A stretch of DNA of 64,000 nt from Vitrella brassicaformis CCMP3155. Taxonomy: Eukaryota; Protista; Chromerida. Position 1 is the first letter of the stretch; every line of letters begins with the position of its first letter. A program made the position numbers and the translations under genes. The stretch spans positions 95,361 to 159,360 of the forward strand of contig CDMY01000234.1 of the NCBI GenBank assembly GCA_001179505.1, given 5' to 3'. Of the stretch, positions 52,510 to 64,000 are shown piece by piece. Under the pieces are notes generated by a model. The model was not told the origin of the DNA and did no database searches. It saw nothing but the letters and a program-made list of their open reading frames with translations.

Positions 52510-55500
52510 TCATGGCATGACTATGTGGGCCCCGCTGCCCAGCCACTCCGCCAGGCTCTCCATGTCGGCATCGTCACCACCACCACCACCACCATTTGCA
52601 CCAGCACCCGGCCCCTCGTCGATGTCCATCCCTTTCCCCTCCCCCTCTCCCTTTCCCTCTCCCTCTCCCTCACTACCGTCATCGCCGCCACCATGGTCCG
52701 ATGAGTCCTCCTCTGCGGCCAGCCGGCACCGCGCCACGTCCACGCGGCACTGCCAGTCCGATGCTCGCGCCATGTCCTCCATGCGCCTCCGCAGTGGAGC
52801 CAGCACACGCTGATCGTTCCATACCATCGGCTGCCGACTCCGCCCCTTGCCGCGTGACGCCCTCCTCTTGGGCGACGCGGCCTCATCCCCCGCTGTCTCG
52901 GCTGGGTCTGCTACCTTGACCACCTCGCCCTCACGCCCCCCGCACCACTGGCCGCACAGCACCTCCTCCCCCAGCCCACCAAACACGGGCAGCGTCTCCT
53001 CGACGGCGGCGCGCTTGGCTTTGGGGAGGGGCCGGGCGTCGCTGTCCGACGGGCCGGGTGATGGGAGGGGGCTGCGGGTGCGCTTCTTGCGGTTCTGTCG
53101 CAGCACCATGCCGTGTGCGTTGGGGCCGCTGGCGAAGGGGTCGGGCTCCTGCTCTGGGTTCGGAGGTGACGACAGCCGGTAGCGGTGGTGCTGGGAGACG
53201 GTGGGCGACGGCACGTCGGGTTCCGGTGCCGGTGCCCGGCTGCATGAAAGGGTGAAAGCACCAAGGACCAGCTCGAGATCTATCTTGGCAGCGGGCGATG
53301 CAGTGGCCACGTCAGCGGGGAAGGGGTGCGTCGACAGCACCTGCCGCGAAAGCCGCAGCTCGGCCGCCAGCGACCTCTTCGCACACCTGCGACACACACA
53401 CACACACACACACGTTCAGCTGCATGGGGGGGCCATTGCACATCTGCCTGATTGCCTGGCCGCCTACCCTTCTGTGTGTTCATGGTCCTCCTTGGGTGGT
53501 GTGTCATCCTCCCCATTGCAGTCGTCTGCCGGGAGTGAGGGCGTCTTGAGGGCCACCACGGGTGAGGGGTTGGTGGCCAGAGCACCATTCGATGACAGAG
53601 TGCCCAACCGGCTGCTGGATCACACACACACACACACAAAAGAATGCACGGAGCTTTAGCTTGATCTCTTGTCGCCCTTGAGGTCACACACATACATGTT
53701 GGATGGGGGTGGCGGTGGGGGTGCTGGCGGCTTCACCCTCGACGACCGCAGCTGGTCCACCAAACGAGCCCTTAATCGACAGAGAGGCAGGCAGGCAGAC
53801 CGAAGAGTACTCATGAAGAGGGGGCTCCGTGCGGTGCGTCCTCTCTTTCATGTCATCCATACTCACTTTGGCCTGTTGCCTGCCGGCTTTCCCCGCTGGC
53901 TCTGGCCGTATCCAGGCAAGTGCACGGGCAGATGACCTCTCCTCAACTCAAACGGCGCTATGCTGAAGAAGAGGGAGGAAGAGAGCAGCAGCATCGGCTC
54001 CTGCGTGTGTCTGTGTAGAGCCTCTGTCTCTGTCTGACCTCCTGCTGGCATCCATCGGCTGCCTGCCATCGTAGTACTGATACCCTCCCTCCCACCCATC
54101 AGCCCCGCGCTCCCCACACACACCACTGCTACCGCCCAGCTCCCCAGCCTCCTCTCGCTTGGCTCTCGGCTTCTGTCTCTTGGGCTTGCTCCTGACCTTT
54201 CTGGGTGCGCGTGGCTCGTAGACGCCGTCGTCGTCATTGTCCGCAATGTCGCCGGCGAAGCGGTCCTCGGCGCGAGCATTGTCCTCGACGAATAGGTCCA
54301 GCGCCGAGATCATCTCGGCTGCGAAGGTGCTCGGCGCTGCCCTGTCGGCGGGCGGCGAGGACTTCTTCTTGCGTGGCGGCGGAACGAGGGCAGCGTTGAT
54401 GAGCTCCTTGGCTGAGTTGAGCCGGAGGATCTCGTACCTGGGGGAACCTGCAGGCAGAGAGACACAGACACACGAGGGAGGGAGGGAAGGGAATATGGAC
54501 GAAGAAAGGGTTGTTCCCTCCGTACCACTTGAGGGGCTGCTCCAGGACGGCGTGGATTCGTCACTATCGCCAACGACCGTCTGCAAGCCTGCAAAGGACA
54601 CAGCGACAAAGGCAATCGAGACGCAGGTGTTTGTGTGCGTTGGAGCCTCAGTCCCCGCCCACCTATGATGGCCACCTTTGACCGGGGGTCGGTAGTCAGA
54701 TTCGCCAGCAACGACAGCGGCAACATGTCCATGTGCGTGATCACCACGAACCTGCACACAACACAATCGCATCAGACACCAGAAGACCGCACAACAGCAT
54801 CCCTCCCTCTCTCCATCCATCCATCCATCCATTCATCCATCCATCCATCCATCGCTGTGACCCGCCCACCCACCAGATGGTCTTCTTCCACTTGAGCCGG
54901 TCGAGCATCCTCTCCACCAGCAGATGAGGGTCAACGGGGCCACCAGCCGGCGGGTCTCGGCTCCTCTCAAGCATGTCGTGCACCTCACGCATGATCCCCG
55001 CCCTGCCGCCCTTGGTCCGCCCCCACATCGCCATCGAGATGGTCCGCAGCACCGCCACAACATCGTAGGTGCCGCTCCGGCTGTCGGACGGCGAGAGGCG
55101 CACCACGTTGGGCTGGAAGGGGGTCTGCTTGGTCTTGGCGTATGTGGCCATGTGGGAAGTGAGGGTGCTCTGGACGAGCTTCTCCACCTCGCGAGCGTTG
55201 GATATCGTCGAACGGACCACCATGAGATCTCCACAGCCCTCACTATTGCATCTGCACCACACCCACACACGCAGTGGCACAGACAAGTCTGGGACCCAAT
55301 TGAATGCGCATCTATCCACGCACACTGCGTCACAGATGATCTCACAGATGGCCATGCATGTGTCAGGACAGCCCAACAGAGCCTCACGACACCTCACACC
55401 ATTGCAGTGCTCCACTGAGTCCACCGAATCGGTGATCTCACCTTGAGATGAAGGCCTCGACTTCCTCCATCTTGCTATGGGTGGCAGATTCCAGCTGCTG

Positions 55501-55551
55501 AGCCATCGCGGGCGACAGCCTTGCCCCTGGGAGGGCTGGCAACGACGTCAT
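52510..55551 (-). CDS. AAA+-like family paralog (same N-terminal region as the 20.4-23.1 kb gene) with a non-AP2 low-complexity C-terminus
   Basis: MEEVEAFISR|CNSEGCGDLMVVRST...IW|FVVITHMDMLPLSLLANLTTDPRSKVAIIG|LQT..|SPRYEILRL..DDDGVYEPRAPRK|. Intron positions and phases match the paralog. The link to the 52.5-53.8 kb exons is in frame but less certain. Confidence 0.6.
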
Positions 55552-56434
55552 GATGACGCCGCAGCTCGTCAGGCCGCCGCAAAAGGAGGAAAGAAAGGAT
55601 GGTCGCGGCCTCGCCATCTGTCGGTAATGCTGATGGATAGGGATGGCATAATGGAGCCCTCTAGGTGCTAGAAAGCCGAATGGGCTTGGTCAGACGCGAT
55701 CTCACATCCAGTGGTCGACCTCGGCCGTCCAGGATTGACGTATTCTTCTGCCGCCCCTGGTCAATCTCCCGAGGTGCCCAGATGGTCCAATCCGCCGTGT
55801 TCATATGCCTCCATTTTTTGTGTGTTGTCTGCGCAGGTCCGGACCACTTGCTGCCGTCGCCACTGAGAGAGCGACGAGAGGGCTCATGTGGGATTCATCT
55901 GAGAGTGAATCCATCGGTTCTTGGCTGCCAGGAACACCACAGCAAGGACGAGCTGAGAGACTCCGGGATGGAGGCATGAAGAGGCGTGGCGACATGAAAC
56001 CTTGGCGTGCTCGCGTTATTCTCACAACGCCAGTGTGAGGCCGTCTACCTATCACACACACTCGCCCTGCATCTGCACGGAAAGCGACACGCGTAGCATA
56101 TGTCGCGGCCTCACAAAACGCAACAACACGAGCCGATTCACTCACAGAAGGTGTCACCCACACACCCACACACATACACACATAGGTAGGTATCTGCACA
56201 CCGGCATCACCAGTGCAAATCAAACGATCGGTTCGTGCCGAGTCTCATCTAGCTGCCAGCAGCGCTAACCCTCCCACGTAGCCACACAGGTGCGTCTGTC
56301 TGCGTGCGCACACAAGGGGACAAAACAGCGGGACAAAAACCGTCATGCGCAACATACAACACATTCCTCTCGCTCAGTCAGCCAGACAGACAGACAGCCT
56401 TTGGTCTGTCTGTCTGTCTGCTTGCCTGCCAGCA

Positions 56435-57247
56435 TCATGGCTGCATCCTCTCTATGCGCCACTCGCCCCCTCCCTCTCCCTCTCCCTCGCCCCTAGTGTA
56501 CACCAGCCTGTCGTGCAGCCGACTTTCCCGCCCCTTCCAGAACTCTATCCTCGACGGCACCAGCCGGAAGCCGCCCCAGTGAAGGGGCCGGGGCACCTCT
56601 GCCGTCCCCTCATACCGCCCTTCCAGCTCCGACCACTTGGCTTCCAGCGCCTCCCTGCTCGCAATGGGGCGGCTCTGGTCGGACGCTATCGCGCCCAGCC
56701 GGCTGGCCTTCGGGCGGGAGGTGAAGTAGGCGTCGGACTCCTCAGGCGGCACTTGCTGCACGCGGCCCTCTATCCTGATTGACCGCTCGAGGGCCTCCCA
56801 CCAGAACGTCAGTGACGCGAAGGGGTTCTCCGTCAGCTCTTTGCCCTTCCTGGACTCATAGTTGGTGTAGAAGACAAAGCCCCGCTCGTCATAGCCCTTG
56901 AGCAGCACAAACCGCGCCGACGGGCGGCCTTCCTTGCTGGCTGTCGACAGGCACATGGCGTTGGGCTCCACGCTGACTGTCTTGGCGTCCTCAAACCATT
57001 CGCCAAACAGAGTGAGCGGATCCGCGGGCATCGAAGCCTCGTCCAGGCCCTTCATCGAGTACTCTTTCCGCAGGGCACTGATGCGCTCCAGGTTGTTGCT
57101 GAGAAGGCCGTTTGCTGAGGACATGAACCGGGGAGGCGGCGAGAGGGAGATCTGCTTGGTCTTGGAGAAGATGCGTCTTAGTGACGGCCTGAGGGCAACG
57201 ACCATAGACTGGATGATCAGCGCAACTAAGACCAGGGATGTGCACAT
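56435..57247 (-). CDS. pdxH: Pyridoxine/pyridoxamine 5'-phosphate oxidase, intronless, with hydrophobic leader
   Basis: RKEY, EPNAMCLST, PSARFVLLKG, FVFYTNYESRKG, IRIEG, YFTSRP, WGGFRLVPSRIEFW, RLHDR in one uninterrupted ORF. Confidence 0.95.
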   Translation of the reverse strand: MCTSLVLVALIIQSMVVALRPSLRRIFSKTKQISLSPPPRFMSSANGLLSNNLERISALRKEYSMKGLDEASMPADPLTLFGEWFEDAKTVSVEPNAMCLSTASKEGRPSARFVLLKGYDERGFVFYTNYESRKGKELTENPFASLTFWWEALERSIRIEGRVQQVPPEESDAYFTSRPKASRLGAIASDQSRPIASREALEAKWSELEGRYEGTAEVPRPLHWGGFRLVPSRIEFWKGRESRLHDRLVYTRGEGEGEGGGEWRIERMQP

Positions 57248-57411
57248 TCTTTGAGCTCGCAACAAGAGGACGTTCCGTGAAACCGTTCTCTGAAGAGAAC
57301 GTCGCGGTGCCGTTTTGGCTAAAGGACATTCGTTGAGGCTTCTTCTGTGTGAAAGGTTTGCTGCTGGATCTGCCTTGTGGTGACCGTTTTGTCATCGGTT
57401 GGTTCATCGAC

Positions 57412-59660
57412 ATGCTTCCGCCTGCCTGCAACGGAGCGGCCGAGTCCGCCCCTCCACCGATCTCCCGGATCGAGCTCACCAAGATGCTCAACCAGATACA
57501 GACAGAGGGCATCGACTTCGTGCGCTTCGAGTTCGCCGATCTGCATGGCATCAGCCGCAGCAAGACGATTCCGGTGTCCCATGTGCCCGACTATGGCTCA
57601 CATGGCCTCAACTTCATCCTCGCTGTGTTTGGCATGGACCCACTGGTACGCACCCACTGGCCCGGCCGCGGTAGCAAAACCGCGTAATACATGGAATGGC
57701 ATGGCATGTGTGTGTGTGGCTGTGGCTGTGGCATGGCTATGCAGGGTAACGTCGCGACTCACGGCAAAGACACCGGCACGATGGAGGACATCGGCTACAG
57801 CGACGGCACATGGTTCCCCGACACCTCAACGTTCAGGGTCGTGCCGCACTCGGACAGGACGGGCCGAGTCCTCATCGACCCCTACCACTTCGACGTCAGC
57901 CCGTCTGGCGGGTACATGCCCTGGCTCATGGCACCCAGAAGCGTCGCGCGAAAGCAGCTCGACCGTCTCCGGGGGATCGGCATCGAACTCTTGACCTCGT
58001 TCGAGTATGAGGTGAGATATATATATGGGCGGCAGGGTGGGGGAACGTGGTGGCCTGATGACTCCCCGCTCTCTGTCTTTCCCCTTGTGTGTGTGCGTGT
58101 GTGCGTGTGTGTGTGTGTGTGTGGTCAGTTCTACTTGGTGGATCGAGCCACCCGCAAGCCGCCCTTCGGCGGCATCAACATCTTTAGCACGATCCGGCTG
58201 GCGCAGGAGGAAAAGCTGGTCTATGAGGTGCTGCGGTCGATGAAGAAGATGGGCGTGGAGTGCACCACAGCCAACGTCGAGTATGGGCCTGGTCAGATGG
58301 AGCTGACGTTCGCCCCTTCGTTTGGCCTGGAGGCTGCCGACAACGCCTTCACCTTCAAAACCGGTTAATCACACGCACAGAGAGAGAGAGAGAGCGAGAG
58401 AGCGATCTGGTGCATTCCTGTCGTGTAGGGCGGTGTGTGTGTGTGTCTGTGTGTGTGTTGTAGGCGTCAAGGAGATCTGCCAGAGGGCGGGCTACATGGC
58501 CTCGTTCATGACCAAACCCTACCCAGACTGCGGCGGATGTAAGCAAACGGCCCCACATGACATTGACACACATCAGATCACTTCACTTGCCTTGCCTGTC
58601 TGTCATCTCTGTCGCTCTGCTCGTGTGTTTGTCGTCTGGCACCATGGCAGGTGGCTGTCACCTGAACCAGTCGCTGTGGGATGTGAGCCGGTCGGTCAAC
58701 CTCACTGGCGACTCCAAGGAGCCGACGGGCTTCTCCCAGACGGCACAGCACTACATGGCCGGCATCCTTCACCACGGCCGGGCCATCTGTGCCTTCTTCA
58801 ACCCTACGACCAACTGCTCAAAACGGTCAGCCAGCCACTCCACCACACTGCAGCAAGCAATGTGCCTGCCCCTGTGGTGTGTGTATGGTATGTCCGATGA
58901 CCTGGTGTGTCTGTCGTAGGCTGAAGGAGAACACCTTTGCGCCGGTGTCACTGTCTTGGGGCAGGCAGAACCGGACGTGCGCCATCAGGGGGAAGCCCGG
59001 CCACAACGCATACTTCGAGAACAGAATTGGCGCGGGGGCGTCAAACCCCTACCTGATCCTGGCGGCCAGCATCGCTGCTGGTACACACACACACTCACAC
59101 ACGCACACACAGACAGTGATGAGAATGCTTGTATGTGTGTGAGTGTATCCTTTTTGTGTGTGATCACGGATAGGAATGGACGGCATCGAGAAGAAGATGG
59201 AGCTGCCGCCCGGCGTCAACGGTGACGCCTACGAGATGAAGGATCACCCGCGGCTGCCCTCGTCGCTCGAGGAGGCCCTTGCCGCACTGAAGCAAAACAA
59301 AGTAGGGCCCCCCCACACCGCACACACACAGAGAGAGAGAGAGGGGGAGATGGCCGGTAATTATCCATCCATCCATTGTCTGTATACGGCCTTCGTGTGC
59401 GTGTGTGTGTGGTTGTTGGTCCAGGTGTTGTGCAAGGCGCTGGGCGAGGACTTCATCAAGCTGTTTGTGGCCGTCAAGGAGTGGGAGGTCCGTCCATCAC
59501 ACTCACTCAGTTCGGTGCTTCCCTTGCCCATCTGTCTCCCTGTCTGTCTGTCTGTCTGTGTGTCTGTCTGTTTGTTTGTGTCGGCCACCATCCACCTCAT
59601 CAGATTGAGCACAACAGTGGCGACGATTGGGAAATGAAGACCTACTTCGAGATGCTCTAG
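57412..59660 (+). CDS. Glutamine synthetase type I-like (lengsin/gamma-glutamyl-amine ligase-like) protein
   Basis: FVRFEFADLHGISRSKTIP, SFEYE|FY, VEYGPGQMEL, ADNAFTFKT|GVKEI, FMTKP, GCHLNQSLW, WGRQNRTCAIR, FENRIGAGASNPYL; 8 exons. Confidence 0.9.
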
Positions 59661-60146
59661 ACTGGACAAGGAGGAGGGTCTTCAAGATGGAAGCGGTGGC
59701 CTGCCTTTATCCAACGATGGACGGATGGATGGATGAGGGCCGTGACGGGATGGTGTGCCGTGAGGGCCGTCAGGTTTTTTGGGCGCAGGCATTTGGTGCG
59801 CTACCCTGACGAGCCCTTCCACGCAATCCGTGTGTGTGTGTGTGTGTGTGCGGTTTTTGTCTCCATCGATGATGGTGTCATCCAGCCCTTTTTGACACGC
59901 GTGTGCTTCACTACCGCTCCAAGGAACCGGCCATGTACGTGTGTGGGAGCGGGCGGGTGTTCTGGCTGTCTGAATGAGCGTGTCCATGTGTGACAGGCGG
60001 CAGCCAGGTGTGATGACAATCGTTGAATCCATCATGCAACCAAACCCAAAAAGCGTCTCTCAACTGTCTCAGCTCTCACATCACAAGAGCACCAACCAGG
60101 TCAGGTCAACAACAGCATTCATTCCATCGCATCATCACGACCTTCT

Positions 60147-60446
60147 NNNNNNNNNNNNNNNNNNNNNNNNNNNNNNNNNNNNNNNNNNNNNNNNNNNNNN
60201 NNNNNNNNNNNNNNNNNNNNNNNNNNNNNNNNNNNNNNNNNNNNNNNNNNNNNNNNNNNNNNNNNNNNNNNNNNNNNNNNNNNNNNNNNNNNNNNNNNNN
60301 NNNNNNNNNNNNNNNNNNNNNNNNNNNNNNNNNNNNNNNNNNNNNNNNNNNNNNNNNNNNNNNNNNNNNNNNNNNNNNNNNNNNNNNNNNNNNNNNNNNN
60401 NNNNNNNNNNNNNNNNNNNNNNNNNNNNNNNNNNNNNNNNNNNNNN
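60147..60446. other. Assembly gap (300 N)
   Basis: N run. Confidence 1.
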
Positions 60447-60538
60447 CCCCCCCCCCCCCCCCCTCCCTCCTCCAACCAGCAGCTTCGCATGCCGTCATCT
60501 TCCATCCACCTCCTCGCATCACCTCACATCACCTCACG

Positions 60539-60948
60539 TCACTCGCCAAGAGTCGGGATGAACTGCACAGCAACAGACAGACAGGCACCTCAGCCATTCA
60601 TTCATCTGGTTGCATTGCGTCCCATTGCGTGCGTACCAGCTTGAAGAAGGCCTGCCCCAGCAGCAGCTCGACGATGGCCACCCCCACAAAGCCCATCATG
60701 GCCACCCGCCCCACCTGCCGCTCGACGATCTCCAGACCCTGCTCCTGAGGCGGCAGACTCGACAGCTCCGGCTTGCTCTGCATCAACACTGTGAGTGGTG
60801 AGGACGGCGGTCTCTGCGGCACATGTTGGCGCAGCTGGCGCAAGGAGGAGCGAGATGTGGAAGATCGGACGAAGGCTGATGCATTTTCGGATGACGCTCG
60901 CGATGACAGGGCAGCAATAAGGCAGACAAGCAGGTAGAGGAGCTTCAT
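60539..60948 (-). CDS. Plastid-targeted one-helix LHC-like (HLIP/OHP-like) protein
   Basis: Signal peptide MKLLYLLVCLIAALSSRASSEN-ASAF-, Ser/Arg-rich transit region, then VERQVGRVAMMGFVGVAIVELLLGQ. It ends either |FIPTLGE* (spliced, stop 60539) or unspliced at 60598. Confidence 0.78.
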
Positions 60949-61221
60949 TCTCAAGGAGATCCAAAGGCGGAAAAGGTGCGAGCTCGTCGAAGAGAAAACG
61001 GCCAAGCTCGCAATTCGAGTGTGCGAAGAAAAGTGGACTGGCCCTCCTGCATTGCATCTGCGGCTCTCCGTTCAGCTATCTGTTTTGCTGTTGTTGTCCC
61101 ATTCGCTGCCCGGAAGATCCAGCTGTGCGAGGCTTCTCAGTACTGTCCTTCTGCCAGCCGGTGACACTGGCGTGAGCACGGAGCAGCCGGCAGGCGTCAC
61201 CCACCAGACGGCCTGGCCGTG

Positions 61222-62205
61222 ATGGCGCTCGGCAGACCCCTTTTCACCCTTCCCCTCCCCCTTCTGGCTTTGGCGCTGCTGCTGCCGCATCTCGCGAGCA
61301 GCCAGGAGTCGTGTCCTGCGGACTGCATGACCTTCTACGACGGTTGTAACACGTGCGGGTGTCAGGACGGTCAGCTGACCCACTGCACCGAGATGTTCTG
61401 TGAAGACGACGAGCTGGGCGAGGCCAAGTGCACCACCTGGACCTTCACCAGCGCCAAGGACTGCAGCACCTGCATCGACAAGGGCGGCCTGTGGAACGAC
61501 CAGGACGGCAAATGCCTCAAAGAGTGCCCGGCGAGCGCCGAGTGCGTCAGTGACATCTCGGACTGCGCCGAGGGGCCGCCGTCTGGCGGCAGACCGTCGC
61601 TGGACGACTGCCCCCGCGCATGCCCCACCGTGTGGAAGCCCGTGTGCGGCTCTGACGGCAAGACCTACAGCAACAAGTGCGCCCTCACCACGGCACGCCA
61701 GTGCGACAAGACGGGCAAGCTCAAGACCCTGGCAATCATCGACCCCACGGGCCCTTGCGAGGACTACTCGGTGTCGTCCGTGAGGGATGGCGAGTCGGCT
61801 GAGGAGGGCAATGGGTCAGATGCCGTGACACTGGGGCCGCAGGAAGTGCATATTGCGACCGAGGGAGAGCCAGAGGAGCCAGGCGTGCACTCGCCAGTGG
61901 TCGAAGAAGGGGAGGGAGAGGGGCGGGGGGAGGGGGAGGGCCATGCCGAGCAGCCGCCAGAGGCGATTACGGATGGCGACCCGACGGACACACCATGTAA
62001 GCGCGCACACAGACAAACACACACACACAGACAGGCAGAGAGCTAAGAGCCATGGGATGGGTGGGTGGGTGGGAACGTCATGGATCACTTCCTCTGTGTG
62101 TTGTGTGTGTGTTTGTGTGCAGCTGGATCATCTCGCGGCGCCATAACGTCGAATTTTGGCTATGCGCTCCTGCTCGCCCCCCTGTTTGTCTATCTGTGCA
62201 TGTAG
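61222..62205 (+). CDS. Secreted, probably GPI-anchored Cys-rich protein with pacifastin-like and Kazal domains
   Basis: Signal peptide; CPADCMTFYDGCNTCGCQDGQLTHCTEMFC; Kazal CPRACPTVWKPVCGSDGKTYSNKC. Intron 61997-62122 (phase 1) leads to SGSSRGAITSNFGYALLLAPLFVYLCM*. Confidence 0.85.
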
Positions 62206-62289
62206 CCCGCCCCTGCCTCTCTCTCATTCTCTCCCTCTGGTGTGGTCGAAGTGTTTGGCCTCCCTCCCTCCCTCCCCTCCGCTGCTCAC

Positions 62290-63391
62290 CAGCCAGCAGA
62301 CGACTGTCTGCGCGCGGCGACGCGAAAGCGAAAGATGAGGAGGGGGGCCACCCGAGAGACAGACAGGCAGACGCCGGCAGATGGGTATGTGTGTATGTAT
62401 CTGTATTGAGGGCTTTTTTGTGTTTGGTCGGTAGCTTTGTTGCTCTGTGTTTGTGTGAAGATGGTAGCTGGTGTGTATAGGGGACGGGACGGTGGGTCGG
62501 ATGAATTTGGAGCGTGTGGGATGGATGTGCGCACGTCAGTCATGATGTCATGATGATGGCGGCGATGGCGTGTTTCTGTATAGCTTCCCCTCGGGTGTCT
62601 CCTAAGCGGTTGATGATGTGTGTGTGTGTGCTTTGGGATCTGTGGGCTATCTAATCTCTCTCCCTGTGAGCCTGTTGGCCATGCCTGTACTTGCCGCCCT
62701 CCGTACGGTGATGCTGCCTGTCTGCTGCACACAGGCGGCAGTGCCGTCGAGAGGGTGGTGGGTGCAGGAATGGCTGACAGGTCACTCACTGGGAGTGCCA
62801 CGTCCACACGGAAGTATTGTACACACCGGGGGATGAATTGATTGATAGTGCGGACATCGTATCGTTTTTCGTCTGTCGGTGTGGACCTGTCAGCTTTCAG
62901 TCAACCATGATTTGTGCAGTGATAGACAGGTTGAAAGCACCCCACGCACCCCACACATCCCACGCACTCTGACTCTCTGTCCCACCTCACACACACAGAA
63001 AGAAAGAAAGAAAGAAAGAAAGACAGACAGACGAGTGTGTGTGTGACGACAGGTACAATGCGCTGAAGAGTCGTCAGTCCGAGCAGGAAGACGCCCACGA
63101 CGCCCACTTGGCCGTCCCGCCAGAGAAAAAAAGCTGAGACAGAAGTGACCACACTGAGTACACACACACACACACACACACAGGCAGAGAGAGAGAGGCA
63201 GGCACATTCGTGTCTGTGTGTCTTTCTGTGTGTGTCAGGTTGTGGTTGAGGGCGTCTCATCTCTGAGTGAGGGCGGCCAGCCCAAGTTCATTGTCAACGA
63301 CGGCGAGCCGGTGCAGCTGCTCAACGAGACGCTGGCCAAGGCAATCGACACCGTCACACAAGACCAAAAGGAGCAGCAGATGGCGGCGTAG
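62290..63391 (+). CDS. Possible small multi-exon hypothetical gene
   Basis: Exon-like patches bounded by AG/GT, the last VVVEGVSSLSEGGQPKFIVNDGEPVQLLNETLAKAIDTVTQDQKEQQMAA*. No complete model could be built. Confidence 0.3.
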
Positions 63392-64000
63392 ACTCACCCA
63401 CTCACTGAACACACGTGGACATGGACGGATGGATGGATGGACAGACAAGGAGGCAGACAGGTGGGCCAGCCGATACAGACAGCCACACACAGACGAGTAC
63501 CAAGACTGCCAGTGGTGCATTGAATGATGAGTGCGGCTGGCTGCTTCCATTCGGTTGGATTTGGGCGAGACAAGTAACGCCTGACACCCTCGTCAATTAG
63601 GACTCTCTGTACGCGTCTCTTTTCTATCCAGTCTCGCGCGATGTGTGCCCTTGTGTCACGTACCCCTACCCCTTTCCTGCGTAAGATCCATGCATTGAGA
63701 GAGCGACTGGGTGCTCTTTTTGCGCCTGGTGTACACGACATGAAGCATGGCCTCTATCTGCTGTGTTCCCCTTGGTCCACTCAGTCTTATCTCGGTTTCA
63801 CGACACGTGGTTATGTTGTGCGTTGGGATGAGCATGTCAGTCACGCTTTTCGTCATGGCACTCGCTCCCACTCCCCACAGCAGCACTTATACGGCTCTCT
63901 GTCGCGAAATGATGTATGTGCGTATGCATGCGTCCCTCTGTGTTCATTTGACGCGTTGGGTCTCACTATACATCAAATGAAGTCGATTGAAGTACAGGCC

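Noticed and set aside
55254-55441. ORF segment LLGCPDTCMAICEII as coding or Walker A
   Set aside because: Intronic: the GTGAG donor at 55441 splices in frame to 55252, matching the paralog.

Overview
Intron-rich, GC-rich eukaryotic nuclear DNA with abundant (TG)n/(CA)n, (GACA)n and (CATC)n microsatellites and four 300-N placeholder gaps. ApiAP2-type domains, a plastid-targeted LHC-like gene and the intron style point to a chromerid alveolate such as Vitrella brassicaformis (inference). Genes read by manual splicing, left to right: kinesin-9-like (-), 1-Cys peroxiredoxin (+), a compound tandem-repeat array, an ankyrin protein (+), a duplicated 1.2-kb unit flanking the 3' end of a Ty1/copia element, and a 13.8-28.4 kb patchwork of exon-shuffled gene pieces (AP2 domains, a topoisomerase II C-gate fragment, a TLDc-like piece) containing one intact 13-exon gene that joins a degenerate Cdc6/Orc1-like AAA+ region to a C-terminal AP2 domain. 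Then come a bacterial-type uncharacterised protein, a 4-KH RNA-binding protein, a D-LDH/L-LDH/D-LDH cluster whose non-homologous genes share a homologous promoter, an acyl-protein thioesterase-like hydrolase, a second AAA+-like family member without AP2, an intronless pdxH head-to-head with a GSI/lengsin-like ligase, a one-helix LHC-like protein and a GPI-anchored pacifastin-like/Kazal protein. The best candidates for new biology are the modular acidic-linker+AP2 cassette attached to replication/topology-type domains and the promoter-sharing lactate dehydrogenase cluster. All family assignments are by-eye motif recognition; no database search was run.
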